Position numbers and translations under genes: made by a program
Shown here: piece after piece, positions 1 through 8,717 of the stretch
How the letters are laid out: the number at the start of each line of letters is the position of its first letter
Position numbering within the stretch: position 1 is the first letter of the stretch
Assembly (NCBI GenBank): GCA_964479755.1
Contig: CAYZNI010000003.1
Span: forward strand, 1-58,424
Length of the DNA stretch: 58,424 nt
Reading direction: 5' to 3'
From: Candidatus Woesearchaeota archaeon
GTDB taxonomy: Archaea > Nanobdellota > Nanobdellia > Pacearchaeales > GW2011-AR1
The notes under the pieces: model-generated
Database searches by the model: none
The model's input: the letters and a program-made list of their open reading frames with translations, nothing else
Told to the model about the DNA's origin: nothing

Positions 1-53
1 AGTCTATAACGAGCAGCCTCTAGAAGGCGAGCGGTGACTGGTGGTTCTTGAAT

Positions 54-1502
54 TTAAAATTGGAAATATATAAATTGGACTGAATGGGCTGGGGCCAAAA
101 AGAAAAGACCTAAACAAATCATTAATAGGTTTAAGATCCAATAGAACAAATCGCTCTTTGCAATTCTCTCAATTAAATCTTGATTAAAGTAAGAGTAAAT
201 ATGTAAAATCAAAAATAAACCCATAAAGATTATTGGTATACTAAACTGATCAAACATTTTTGTGAATTCTACAGCTCCATTGCTGAAATCAAATATAAGA
301 TATTTTTTGATAAGGAAGAAAAGGTCGTTCACATTTGAGACTCTAAAAAGAAGCCATCCAAAAAATACAAAAAACTGAGTTATAATAATTGATAGATATT
401 TCCCAAAACCCTTTAGATAATCAAATAATTTGGTTATTCTCAATACTTCAGCAATTCTGTGTACAGATAAAATTAGTCCTTGGTAGAAACCCCAGAATAA
501 GAAATTCCAAGCAGCTCCGTGCCAAAGTCCACCAAGAATCATGGTAATCATTAAATTAATATAAGTTCTAATTTTACCTTTCTTATTCCCGCCAAGAGGA
601 ATATAGAGATAATCTTTAAGGAAAGAAGATAATGAAATATGCCATTTTCTCCAAAATTCTGCGATGTTTTTTGCAAAATAAGGTCTGTCAAAATTAATAG
701 GAAGCTTCACTCCCATTACTCTTGCAACTCCTATGGCTATTCCAGAATATCCAGAAAAATCACAGTAAATCTGTATCCCAAACGCTAAAGCTCCCACAAA
801 AACAGGTATGCTACTTTGATATATCTGAGGATTTAGAAAATAAGCATTCGCGAGTATCGCAATATTATCAGCGAAAATCACTTTCTTAACTAATCCCCAG
901 CCAATTTCTGTAAGACCTGTTTTGATATTCTCTGGGAGAATTTGTATTCTGTTTCTTATCTGCGGGAGAAAATTAGATGCTCTCAAGATTGGGCCAGCAA
1001 CTAAATGTGGAAAAAATGTTATAAAAAGAGAGTATTGCAAAAGAGAGTCACAGGGTTTTAGCTCTCTTTTGTAAATATCAATTGTATAACTAAGTGAGCA
1101 AAAAGTATAGAAAGAAATACCAATTGGAAGAATAATATTCAGAGCAGGTATAAAAATGCTTCCGTGTAATGCTTTAGCAAAATAATTAAAGCTCTCAATA
1201 AAAAAATTAGTGTACTTGAAAATAAACAAAATACCCAAGTTACAAACTAAACTAAGAATAAAGAATCTCTTTCTCATTTTATCAGTTTTTGTGTTATAAA
1301 TCGCTTTTCCTATGTTATAGTCCATAACTATCGATATGAATAAAAGAACTAGCAATGAGCCGCTAGTGTACCAATAGAAATAACAACTCGCAACAAGAAG
1401 AAACAGGTGCTGATATGTTCTATTCCTTATTATAATAAGTAAGCTTACAACAACTATAAAAAAGAAAAGGAAAGCAATGCTGTTAAATAACATTTTTCTC
1501 AA
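54..1502 (-). CDS. MBOAT-family membrane O-acyltransferase (AlgI/DltB/PatA-like)
   Basis: 482-aa polytopic ORF. MBOAT core 'FWRKWHISLSSFLKDYLYIPLGGNKKG' with the conserved His, then 'GLWHGAAWNF'. Overlaps the upstream partner gene by 20 nt. Confidence 0.9.
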   Translation of the reverse strand: MRKMLFNSIAFLFFFIVVVSLLIIIRNRTYQHLFLLVASCYFYWYTSGSLLVLLFISIVMDYNIGKAIYNTKTDKMRKRFFILSLVCNLGILFIFKYTNFFIESFNYFAKALHGSIFIPALNIILPIGISFYTFCSLSYTIDIYKRELKPCDSLLQYSLFITFFPHLVAGPILRASNFLPQIRNRIQILPENIKTGLTEIGWGLVKKVIFADNIAILANAYFLNPQIYQSSIPVFVGALAFGIQIYCDFSGYSGIAIGVARVMGVKLPINFDRPYFAKNIAEFWRKWHISLSSFLKDYLYIPLGGNKKGKIRTYINLMITMILGGLWHGAAWNFLFWGFYQGLILSVHRIAEVLRITKLFDYLKGFGKYLSIIITQFFVFFGWLLFRVSNVNDLFFLIKKYLIFDFSNGAVEFTKMFDQFSIPIIFMGLFLILHIYSYFNQDLIERIAKSDLFYWILNLLMICLGLFFLAPAHSVQFIYFQF

Positions 1503-2490
1503 TCACCTCTAAGATTACAGGAGAGAACTTTTCCCTTCCTTTCTCATTTAAGTGGGACAAGTCATTAAAATTGTCTGAAGTTAGTCCATTTCTATAGTTT
1601 AAATAAGCTGCGTCTGAATTTCTTGCTATTTTTTTTAACAACCTAAAATATGATTCACTAGAACTATTATCAATTTTTTCCAATATTAAAGGATTCAAAG
1701 GAGCTTCTATTATCACAACTTTAATTCCACTAGATGACAGGCTTTTAACTAGGTACTGAAAAGATTTAATCTCTCTTTCAGATCTCTCATCATATAAAAA
1801 TAGTTTCGTTATATTATTATCCTCTGTTTTGTTTTTCAACTCTTCATCTGATTGTGCTGAGTTAAAAAGGTAAGGGTTCTCAAAATTACCTATTTTTGAC
1901 TCACTTTGACTCTTTATAAAAATGCTCTTGATTACTCCCAAATAAAATTGCATTATAAATTTTCTTTTATACAATACTTTATCTAACGGCGTCATGAAAA
2001 TAATGGCTTTCTCATCTTTATTCAGCATAGCAACCAAATTATTATTGTATTTAAGTTTCTCATCGTTTATAAAAAAAAATAAGTCATTATTTCTGTTGAT
2101 TTTATCAGAGAAAAAAAGAGGAGAAACTGTCAAAACCACTGCTTTTGGTTTTGACTCCGCAATCAAATTAGACATAAAAGCTAATTGCAAGGGAGATATT
2201 CCCTCGATACCAAAATTAAAACAAGGGTTATTTTTTTTAAATATTAGACCACAATCTATATCTTCTCTAGTTTGACTATCTCCTAAAAAAAATACAGAGT
2301 TAACTGGAATATCCTTAATTTTTTTTGTTACAGCTAAGAACCTCGTACTTGTTATATCATACCCTTTGAAATTATAAATAAAAAATAGATAAATAACAAA
2401 AGAAATAAAGATAATGAAGAAAACTAATATTATTAGAAAGTTAATGGATTTTTGATTACTTTCTCTTCTAAGTGAAATTTCTTTCTCCAT
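1483..2490 (-). CDS. Membrane-anchored SGNH/DltD/AlgJ-like partner of the MBOAT
   Basis: N-terminal TM helix. Block I-like 'FFLGDSQT' and C-terminal 'DLSHLNEKG' (D-x-x-H). Operonic with and overlapping the MBOAT gene. Confidence 0.6.
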   Translation of the reverse strand: MEKEISLRRESNQKSINFLIILVFFIIFISFVIYLFFIYNFKGYDITSTRFLAVTKKIKDIPVNSVFFLGDSQTREDIDCGLIFKKNNPCFNFGIEGISPLQLAFMSNLIAESKPKAVVLTVSPLFFSDKINRNNDLFFFINDEKLKYNNNLVAMLNKDEKAIIFMTPLDKVLYKRKFIMQFYLGVIKSIFIKSQSESKIGNFENPYLFNSAQSDEELKNKTEDNNITKLFLYDERSEREIKSFQYLVKSLSSSGIKVVIIEAPLNPLILEKIDNSSSESYFRLLKKIARNSDAAYLNYRNGLTSDNFNDLSHLNEKGREKFSPVILEVIEKNVI

Positions 2491-2546
2491 TTAATGTCTA
2501 AGTTTTTACCCTTACCTTCTTTTAAAAGATTGTTATAGAGCGATGT

Positions 2547-3869
2547 ATGATTCAAAATATGCAAGAATTTCGTAATGTTTATATAACCTTTAAAATAAAT
2601 ACCTCAATGAACTCGGTAGGGGGATCTTCACAATTAGGAAAGAATAATTTCTATCAAACTTTAAGTGCGGAATTAAAAAGAATCGATCTGCTTGGGACAA
2701 CAAAAAGAGAAGAAAAAATTATTGAGGGATATATAGAAAATAAGGCAATTATAAACGGAAAAAAATTTTTAGTTTTCAATTCAAATGATTATCTAGGTTT
2801 AAGATTTGACAAAAGAATCATAGCTGCTGAAGAAGTCGCAGCTAGAAAATTTGGATCTGGTCCAGGAGCTGTTCGGTTTATATCTGGTACATCAATAATC
2901 CACATTGAGTTAGAGAAAGAAATAGCCTCTTTCCACAATAGGGAAGCAGCGCTAGTCTTTTCATCAGCATTTACTACAAATCTTGCAGTTATTTATAGCC
3001 TTTTAAAAAAACAAGCAAAAGATTCTTTGATTAATGAAAGCAGCGCAGTTATTGGAGATCAACTTAATCATCGTTGTATCATAGATGGAATTCGTCTTTC
3101 GAATCTTCAAACAGAAAATAAAATTGTATATCGGCACTTAGATCTAGAGGATCTAGAAAAAAGCATTTTTGCTCTAAAAGGAAAAGTTGACAGAATATTA
3201 CTGATTAGCGATGGTATATTCAGTATGCTTGGAGAATATGCAGAAATCAATAAAATATGTTCAATAGTCAAGAAATATGATTCAGAATTTAAAGAAGGCA
3301 TTACACTTCTTATCGACGATTCTCATGGAGTCGCTTCTTTTGGTTCTACAGGTAGAGGATGCGAAGAAAGGTGCGATGCAAAAGCAGATCTTCTTGTTGG
3401 TACTTTTGGCAAAGGGTTTGGGGTCGATGGAGGTTATGTTGTAGGTGACAAATTAATAATCAATTATTTTAAGGAGTCTGCAGCAACATATATTTATTCA
3501 AATCCAATCTCACCTAGTACAGCTGCTGCATGTCTCGAATCTGTCAGAATAGTCAAAAAAAAAGGAGCCGATTTAATAAATAAACTAAATAAGAATATAG
3601 TACATTTTAAAGAACAAGCGACTAAGAGAAAAATTTCTTTCGCGTCTTCATCAGAACATGCTATTCAACCGGTACTTATAGGAGACGCAAAAAAAGCGCA
3701 AGACCTAACAAAAAACCTGTTTGAAAAGAATATTTTAGTTACAAATATTTCTTATCCTGTTGTTCCGAAGGGAAGAGATGAAATAAGAATACAATTATCT
3801 GCTAAGCACACTGAAGAGGATCTTAACTATCTTTTAGAACAAATATCTAATTTTCAAAAAAACAATTAA
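2547..3869 (+). CDS. PLP-dependent alpha-oxoamine synthase family protein (BioF/Kbl/serine palmitoyltransferase-like)
   Basis: 'FNSNDYLGLR' substrate-site motif, 'DDSHG' and 'GTFGKGFG' (PLP-Lys region). The true start may be the internal Met near 2607. Confidence 0.8.
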   Translation: MIQNMQEFRNVYITFKINTSMNSVGGSSQLGKNNFYQTLSAELKRIDLLGTTKREEKIIEGYIENKAIINGKKFLVFNSNDYLGLRFDKRIIAAEEVAARKFGSGPGAVRFISGTSIIHIELEKEIASFHNREAALVFSSAFTTNLAVIYSLLKKQAKDSLINESSAVIGDQLNHRCIIDGIRLSNLQTENKIVYRHLDLEDLEKSIFALKGKVDRILLISDGIFSMLGEYAEINKICSIVKKYDSEFKEGITLLIDDSHGVASFGSTGRGCEERCDAKADLLVGTFGKGFGVDGGYVVGDKLIINYFKESAATYIYSNPISPSTAAACLESVRIVKKKGADLINKLNKNIVHFKEQATKRKISFASSSEHAIQPVLIGDAKKAQDLTKNLFEKNILVTNISYPVVPKGRDEIRIQLSAKHTEEDLNYLLEQISNFQKNN

Positions 3870-5137
3870 TGGCTTTCTCGAGTAGTTGACTTAACGCTCT
3901 TGGTATTAGCTGTACTATTAGTAATACCCATTTCCATTAATTTTTCGTATATCTGCTCAGCCGCCAATTGATGTCCAAGCTCATTAGGATGAGCGTCATA
4001 TTTGTTTACTACTAAATCTTGAGGCTTGTGGTCTTGGTAAGCTTCTAATATGTCTATGAAGTAAAATCCATTTTCTTTAGCTACTTCCTTAACATAAATT
4101 TGAGAAGATTCTAGAGGATACGGTTTAAAGTCAACTATCATTGGAAAATACACTAACGCAACTTTAACCTTGTTTTTATTAGCGATATTTTTAATCTGTT
4201 CATAATATCCTCGGTTTATTTCCTTGTTTTTCTCAGAAGCAAAATATTCATTAAGAAGAAAGACATAATTTTTCTTTAGCCCTAAATTCTCCATAGCTCT
4301 ATTGAGCCTTGATTCAAAATAATAATAAGTATAAATGCTATTTCTCAATACAAATCCAATATAAGGTACTTCTAAATTAATAGCCGTTTCTTTCTGTAGT
4401 TTTGGATCAACATTTTCAAGATCATTTAGAACATACCCGATAATAATAACATCCGGGTGGTATTTCATAACTTTGTCTTTAACTATTTCTAATTCGTCGT
4501 CGGAATTATACCCTGGAACTCCAAAATTAAGCACTTCAAAATTAGTTCTTGAGTTATTATTTAATTTATTTTCTAATAATTTTGAGTATACGTTATTTAC
4601 GTCCTTAACTCCAGAACCGAAAGTTATAGAATCCCCCACCACCGCAATTCTAATAGTTCCATTTGGTTTTTCAAATGTAAATTCTCTATCTCTCATTTTA
4701 TCGCTATTTAAAGAAACATATTTTTGATTAAATTTTATTGACTCCGGGCCAATTCCTGCAGAAGAAGTTTCTCCACTTATTGTTAATCTTAAAGTAATTT
4801 CTGTGATACAGAGAAAAACAAGTAGAACTAACAGAAAGATTAAAAAATTAATAATTTTCTCCTTATGCTTTGAAACAAAAGGCTTTATTTTATTTTTCCT
4901 TGATATAAAATAAATTAGAATCATTAAAAAAAATAATCCTACAATAAACGAGCCAAATCTCAACTTGTTTATTTTTTCTACTGTACTTGCTCTTAGCATT
5001 CCATCTGGGCTGTATTTCAAAAAATAGGAAGGCGAAATAATATAACTTCCAATTAGCAAAACAAAAGTAAAAAAAATAATAAAGAAAACTATAGTTTTGT
5101 TTAGAAAATTTTCATTAATTGTTTTCATCTTCATCAC
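3866..5137 (-). CDS. Membrane-anchored SGNH/GDSL hydrolase or acyltransferase family protein
   Basis: Two N-terminal TM segments. Block I 'IAVVGDSITFGSG', 'GVPGYNS', and C-terminal 'DAHPNELGH'. Confidence 0.75.
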   Translation of the reverse strand: MMKMKTINENFLNKTIVFFIIFFTFVLLIGSYIISPSYFLKYSPDGMLRASTVEKINKLRFGSFIVGLFFLMILIYFISRKNKIKPFVSKHKEKIINFLIFLLVLLVFLCITEITLRLTISGETSSAGIGPESIKFNQKYVSLNSDKMRDREFTFEKPNGTIRIAVVGDSITFGSGVKDVNNVYSKLLENKLNNNSRTNFEVLNFGVPGYNSDDELEIVKDKVMKYHPDVIIIGYVLNDLENVDPKLQKETAINLEVPYIGFVLRNSIYTYYYFESRLNRAMENLGLKKNYVFLLNEYFASEKNKEINRGYYEQIKNIANKNKVKVALVYFPMIVDFKPYPLESSQIYVKEVAKENGFYFIDILEAYQDHKPQDLVVNKYDAHPNELGHQLAAEQIYEKLMEMGITNSTANTKSVKSTTRESH

Positions 5138-5180
5138 AATGTAGCTCGGTATATAAACTAACCGCAGAATTTGTTAACTT

Positions 5181-6233
5181 TTATCGTAATAATTCTCGAA
5201 TATTTTTGTCTTTCGAAACATTCCCTTTTGAAACAATTTCATCATATATCGCTGAAGCAATTATATTGTTTCCCTTAAAACTTGCCAGCATTCCTCCAGC
5301 GCCCGAATCATAGTTTGATTCTATATCTCCCTGCATAAATTCGCGATGCAACTCTACCAATGTAATTTTTTCTCTATTAGAAATTTCACTTAGTTTAGTT
5401 TGCGGGATAGAGCGAGTTTCAAAATCACTAAGTTGCCATTTATATGGGGGCACGACTAAAATAACAGTTATATTTCTTGCCTTTAAATCAGAAGTTAAAT
5501 TAGTAATATGTTGATCATAAAAATCTGAATTTTCTGGATTCGACCACTTTTCCATTATTTCTTGAATAAGACCGGTATTGCCAATTCCTTTATGAGCTTT
5601 GATTCTTAAAAACACCGAATAAGAAAAGACACACGAATGGCAAATATTTTTTATGAAACTTACAGTAGGAGTATCTGGCACGCCGCCTCCAGAGTCACCA
5701 TATTTGTCAAAATTCTCTTTTATTATAGTCAAGTTATCATAGTTGATATCGTTTAATGAAACTAGTATAACCGCAAAGTCTGCATCATATTTTTTTAATT
5801 CAGAAAAATATCTATTATGCTCACTAAGAATTTGGTATCCTGGAACGGCCCCATTGATAACCTCCACATTATCTTCCTTCTGTCTAAATAACTCTTCGAC
5901 TTTCTTTGGAACGCTCTCCTCAACAGGTTTATCCTGACCAAAAGAAGCAGTATCGCCAATAAAAAGTATTCTAATTTGAGAGTCATTCTTCTTATAAGAA
6001 TGCTCGTAATCCCTCAAACCCTTTGAGTTAATAATTATCGGAATATCTGAATCCGGAAAGTTTCCAGAAAAACCTGGTTTTAACGCGTAGCCAGTCTGCG
6101 AGTCATAAACAAAAATGTTGGAAGGCAATGATTCTGTAGGCATGATATAGTAAATTCTCACAATAATCTCAAAAATTAAAATAATACCAACTAGAAAAAT
6201 CAAAACTAGATTAATCCTTCGCATATTTTTCAC
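5181..6233 (-). CDS. Divergent SGNH-like membrane-anchored protein (GDT instead of GDS)
   Basis: N-terminal TM. 'ILFIGDTASFG' in the block I position and 'GAVPGY' block II/III-like. No clear DxxH. Overlaps the carbamoyltransferase 3' end by 23 nt. Confidence 0.5.
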   Translation of the reverse strand: MKNMRRINLVLIFLVGIILIFEIIVRIYYIMPTESLPSNIFVYDSQTGYALKPGFSGNFPDSDIPIIINSKGLRDYEHSYKKNDSQIRILFIGDTASFGQDKPVEESVPKKVEELFRQKEDNVEVINGAVPGYQILSEHNRYFSELKKYDADFAVILVSLNDINYDNLTIIKENFDKYGDSGGGVPDTPTVSFIKNICHSCVFSYSVFLRIKAHKGIGNTGLIQEIMEKWSNPENSDFYDQHITNLTSDLKARNITVILVVPPYKWQLSDFETRSIPQTKLSEISNREKITLVELHREFMQGDIESNYDSGAGGMLASFKGNNIIASAIYDEIVSKGNVSKDKNIRELLR

Positions 6234-7971
6234 TGTCCCAAATATCTTGAGGATTATCTTCTCTTTTGATCAAGAATCTTCCCATTGCCAAATAATCAAT
6301 TCCAGTTCCCATCATACATTTATATGCATCATAAGGTGTGCAAACAATAGGCTCTCCTCTTATATTAAAAGACGTGTTAATTAATATCGGAATCTTAGAT
6401 AATTTACCGAACTGTTTTATTAAATCGTAATAAAGATGATTCTGATTTCTTCTAATTGTCTGTAATCTTCCAGAGCCATCTACATGCGTAACCGCTGGAA
6501 TTATTAAATGATATTTTTTTCTAATAGGATAAACCATCAACATAAAATCGGTCGGCTCTGGAATTGGCAAGTCACATTCAAAATATTTTTGTGCATCCTC
6601 AACACAAACTACGGGTGCAAAGGGTCTAAACTTCTCTCTATGTTTAACTTTTAAATTAAGTATTTCTTGCATATTCTTATTGCAAGGATTTGATAGAATA
6701 CTTCTTGCTCCCAAGGCTCTTGGCCCCCATTCCATTCCAGTTTGGAACCACCCAATAACGTTATTGTTGAATATCAAGTCAGCAACTTTCATAACTGCTT
6801 CTTTGTCAGAACTAAACTGCTTATAGTTTATTTTATTGTTGTCTAAAAACTCTTTAATCTCTTTATCTGAATAGCTCGGTCCAAGATAAGGGCTATTTAG
6901 TACAAAATTTCTTTTATTGCCCAAGAGCACATTATAAATATACATGGCTGCACCGATGCAAGTCCCGCCATCTCCCGGATCTGGTTGAATCCAGATTTTC
7001 TCGAATTTAGTGTTTCGAAGTATTTTGCCGTTGTAAACGCTGTTTAATCCGACTCCGCCACCTAGAACAACATTTTTGCACTTTGTCTCTTCATATACAT
7101 GATTCAATATTTTTGTCATTATTTCCTCTGTGACAAGTTGAACAGCCGCAGCAATATCTTGGTGCCTTTGGGTAATCTCAGATTCTCCTTTTCTTATTGG
7201 CCCGCCCAATAACTGGCATAATTTTCTTGAAGGCATTCTATTCTTATAATGATAAGTAAAGTAGGACATGTCAAATCTGTAGCTCCCATCTTCTTTCAAA
7301 TCAATAGTGCGCATCAATTTTTTATAGTACTCATTTGTTTTTTTGTTCATGTTTCCATAAGGTGCTAAACCCATTACTTTATACTCTGAATTGTTCACAC
7401 TAAATCCTAAATAAGCCGTTATAGCAGAATACAGTAGTCCAATAGAAGTTGGAAATTTTATTTCTTTTGTTAGCTTAATATTATTTTCATCACCAATTCC
7501 ATAAGCAGTAGTTGTCCATTCTCCGACGCCGTCTACAGTTACTATTGCGGCTTTTTTGAAAGGACTTGGTAAAAATGAACTCGCTGCGTGCGCCATATGG
7601 TGGTCGACAAAATGTATGCCTTTTTTGTATTTTAGTTTCTTTTTCACTATCTTTACTACTCTAAGCTTTTCTCCTAGCCAAGAAGGAATATTGCCCAAAA
7701 AAACCTTATAACTTCTAGGAAATGTTTCAAGATGTTGATATAAGACTCTCTCAAGTTTCAAAACTGGTTTCTCATAAAACCCGACATGGTCCAGGTCGTT
7801 TACAGTAATTTTTTCTTTTTCTAAGCAAAAGTTTATAGCATTAATAGGAAAAGAAGTGTCGTGTTTCTTCCTTGTAAATCTTTCTTCTTGCGCCGCGGCT
7901 ACAATTTGGCCATCTTTTATAAGAGCTGCAGCAGAGTCGTGATAAAAGCAACTTATTCCTAGAATGTACAT
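6211..7971 (-). CDS. Carbamoyltransferase (NodU/CmcH family)
   Basis: Characteristic N-terminus 'MYILGISCFYHDSAAALIKDGQIVAAAQEERFTRKKHD'. 586 aa, with 'VDHHMAHAASSF' and a C-terminal 'NTSFN.RGEPIV' block. Confidence 0.9.
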   Translation of the reverse strand: MYILGISCFYHDSAAALIKDGQIVAAAQEERFTRKKHDTSFPINAINFCLEKEKITVNDLDHVGFYEKPVLKLERVLYQHLETFPRSYKVFLGNIPSWLGEKLRVVKIVKKKLKYKKGIHFVDHHMAHAASSFLPSPFKKAAIVTVDGVGEWTTTAYGIGDENNIKLTKEIKFPTSIGLLYSAITAYLGFSVNNSEYKVMGLAPYGNMNKKTNEYYKKLMRTIDLKEDGSYRFDMSYFTYHYKNRMPSRKLCQLLGGPIRKGESEITQRHQDIAAAVQLVTEEIMTKILNHVYEETKCKNVVLGGGVGLNSVYNGKILRNTKFEKIWIQPDPGDGGTCIGAAMYIYNVLLGNKRNFVLNSPYLGPSYSDKEIKEFLDNNKINYKQFSSDKEAVMKVADLIFNNNVIGWFQTGMEWGPRALGARSILSNPCNKNMQEILNLKVKHREKFRPFAPVVCVEDAQKYFECDLPIPEPTDFMLMVYPIRKKYHLIIPAVTHVDGSGRLQTIRRNQNHLYYDLIKQFGKLSKIPILINTSFNIRGEPIVCTPYDAYKCMMGTGIDYLAMGRFLIKREDNPQDIWDSEKYAKD

Positions 7972-7972
7972 T

Positions 7973-8221
7973 TTAAAATTGCTTGAAGTAGTAAGCGTTC
8001 TCCTTTTTTTCCAAATTTAATTCTTCCCAATAACTGTTCATATCATTTTTATGTTTTAGATCAAGAAAATTCTTCCCAAAAATCTTTGCAAATATACTGG
8101 TAAACCCAATTCCTATAAAATAAACAACACTTAGTAATACAGAGTTTACTATAGCAGAGGTTAGACTGGAGAAATAGTCTCTTCCTTCTTTAAATCCTTT
8201 ATAAAAATTTTTCCATTTCAT
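7973..8221 (-). CDS. Small membrane protein, resembles the C-terminal half of SxtJ-family proteins
   Basis: 82 aa with one TM. 'FAKIFGKNFLDLKHKNDMNSYWEE...KQF' matches my recollection of the SxtJ C-terminal consensus. Its stop lies 1 nt from the carbamoyltransferase start. Confidence 0.5.
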   Translation of the reverse strand: MKWKNFYKGFKEGRDYFSSLTSAIVNSVLLSVVYFIGIGFTSIFAKIFGKNFLDLKHKNDMNSYWEELNLEKKENAYYFKQF

Positions 8222-8415
8222 TCTAATATTTTTCTAAAAGTGAAACCTAATAATAAAATTATTACTGTTGCAAAGACAGCAGCAAGATAAGATAGGTCTG
8301 GAATTTTAGTAAACCTAGAGATTATGGTTAAACCAATACTAAAAATCAATGCAAAAAGTAAAAATCCCGTAATTTTGCCAAATTTCTTGTATTTCTTATC
8401 CTCTTCAAACTTCAT
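8218..8415 (-). CDS. Small two-TM membrane protein (possible N-terminal half of a split SxtJ-like protein)
   Basis: 65 aa with two hydrophobic helices. ATGA 4-nt overlap with the next ORF. Confidence 0.45.
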   Translation of the reverse strand: MKFEEDKKYKKFGKITGFLLFALIFSIGLTIISRFTKIPDLSYLAAVFATVIILLLGFTFRKILE

Positions 8416-8502
8416 TTTTGATATAAGGGAGGGTCATTTATAAACTTTATTTCGCTTTAATTCAAGTACCACAGAAACTACTGCTTAGTTATAATAAAGC
8501 TT

Positions 8503-8511
8503 TTTATATAA
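8503..8511 (+). promoter_or_regulatory. TATA-like box for the 53-aa ORF
   Basis: 'TTTATATAA' begins 27 nt upstream of the ATG at 8530. Confidence 0.4.
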
Positions 8512-8529
8512 ATAAGTTTAAGAAAAAAT

Positions 8530-8691
8530 ATGGAACAAAATAAGGGTCTATTAGGAGAACTTTGGGATTTCTTAAAAGTAAGAAAGAAATGGTGGTTGCT
8601 TCCAACAATAATACTTTTAGTTATAATGGGTCTATTAATTATCTTTGGACAAAGTAGTGCGCTATCGCCATTTATTTACGCATTAGGTTAA
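8530..8691 (+). CDS. 53-aa single-TM protein, DUF5989-like (absent from the supplied ORF track)
   Basis: Hand translation: MEQNKGLLGELWDFLKVRKKWWLLPTIILLVIMGLLIIFGQSSALSPFIYALG, with a TAA stop at 8689-8691. The pattern 'W.FL+.RKK.WLLP...GSA..PFIY' is what I recall for the small protein usually found beside carbamoyltransferase/SxtJ genes. Confidence 0.6.
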   Translation: MEQNKGLLGELWDFLKVRKKWWLLPTIILLVIMGLLIIFGQSSALSPFIYALG

Positions 8692-8717
8692 GTATATCTA
8701 TATAACTAAAAACCAAT

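Noticed and set aside
1-53. GC-rich left edge (GAGCAGCCTCTAGAAGGCGAGCGGTGACTGGTGG), considered as the end of a tRNA or other RNA gene, or a truncated CDS
   Set aside because: I could not fit a T-arm or acceptor pattern on either strand. It is too short to call, though it may be the 3' end of an upstream plus-strand CDS (...VYNEQPLEGER-TGA).
2060-3570. Homopolymer runs (A9 at ~2072-2080, T8 at ~2231-2238, A9 at ~3555-3563), considered as slipped-strand phase-variation switches
   Set aside because: They encode ordinary Lys/Phe runs in a very AT-rich genome and are not unusually long. There is no evidence of frameshifted alleles in this single sequence.
1994-5937. Short antisense ORFs in the tailoring locus (1994-2275, 3107-3301, 4473-4727, 5119-5313, 5743-5937, 5795-5986)
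   Set aside because: Each lies inside a longer ORF with recognisable SGNH or AOS motifs. Such ORFs are expected by chance in AT-rich DNA with few stop-free constraints.
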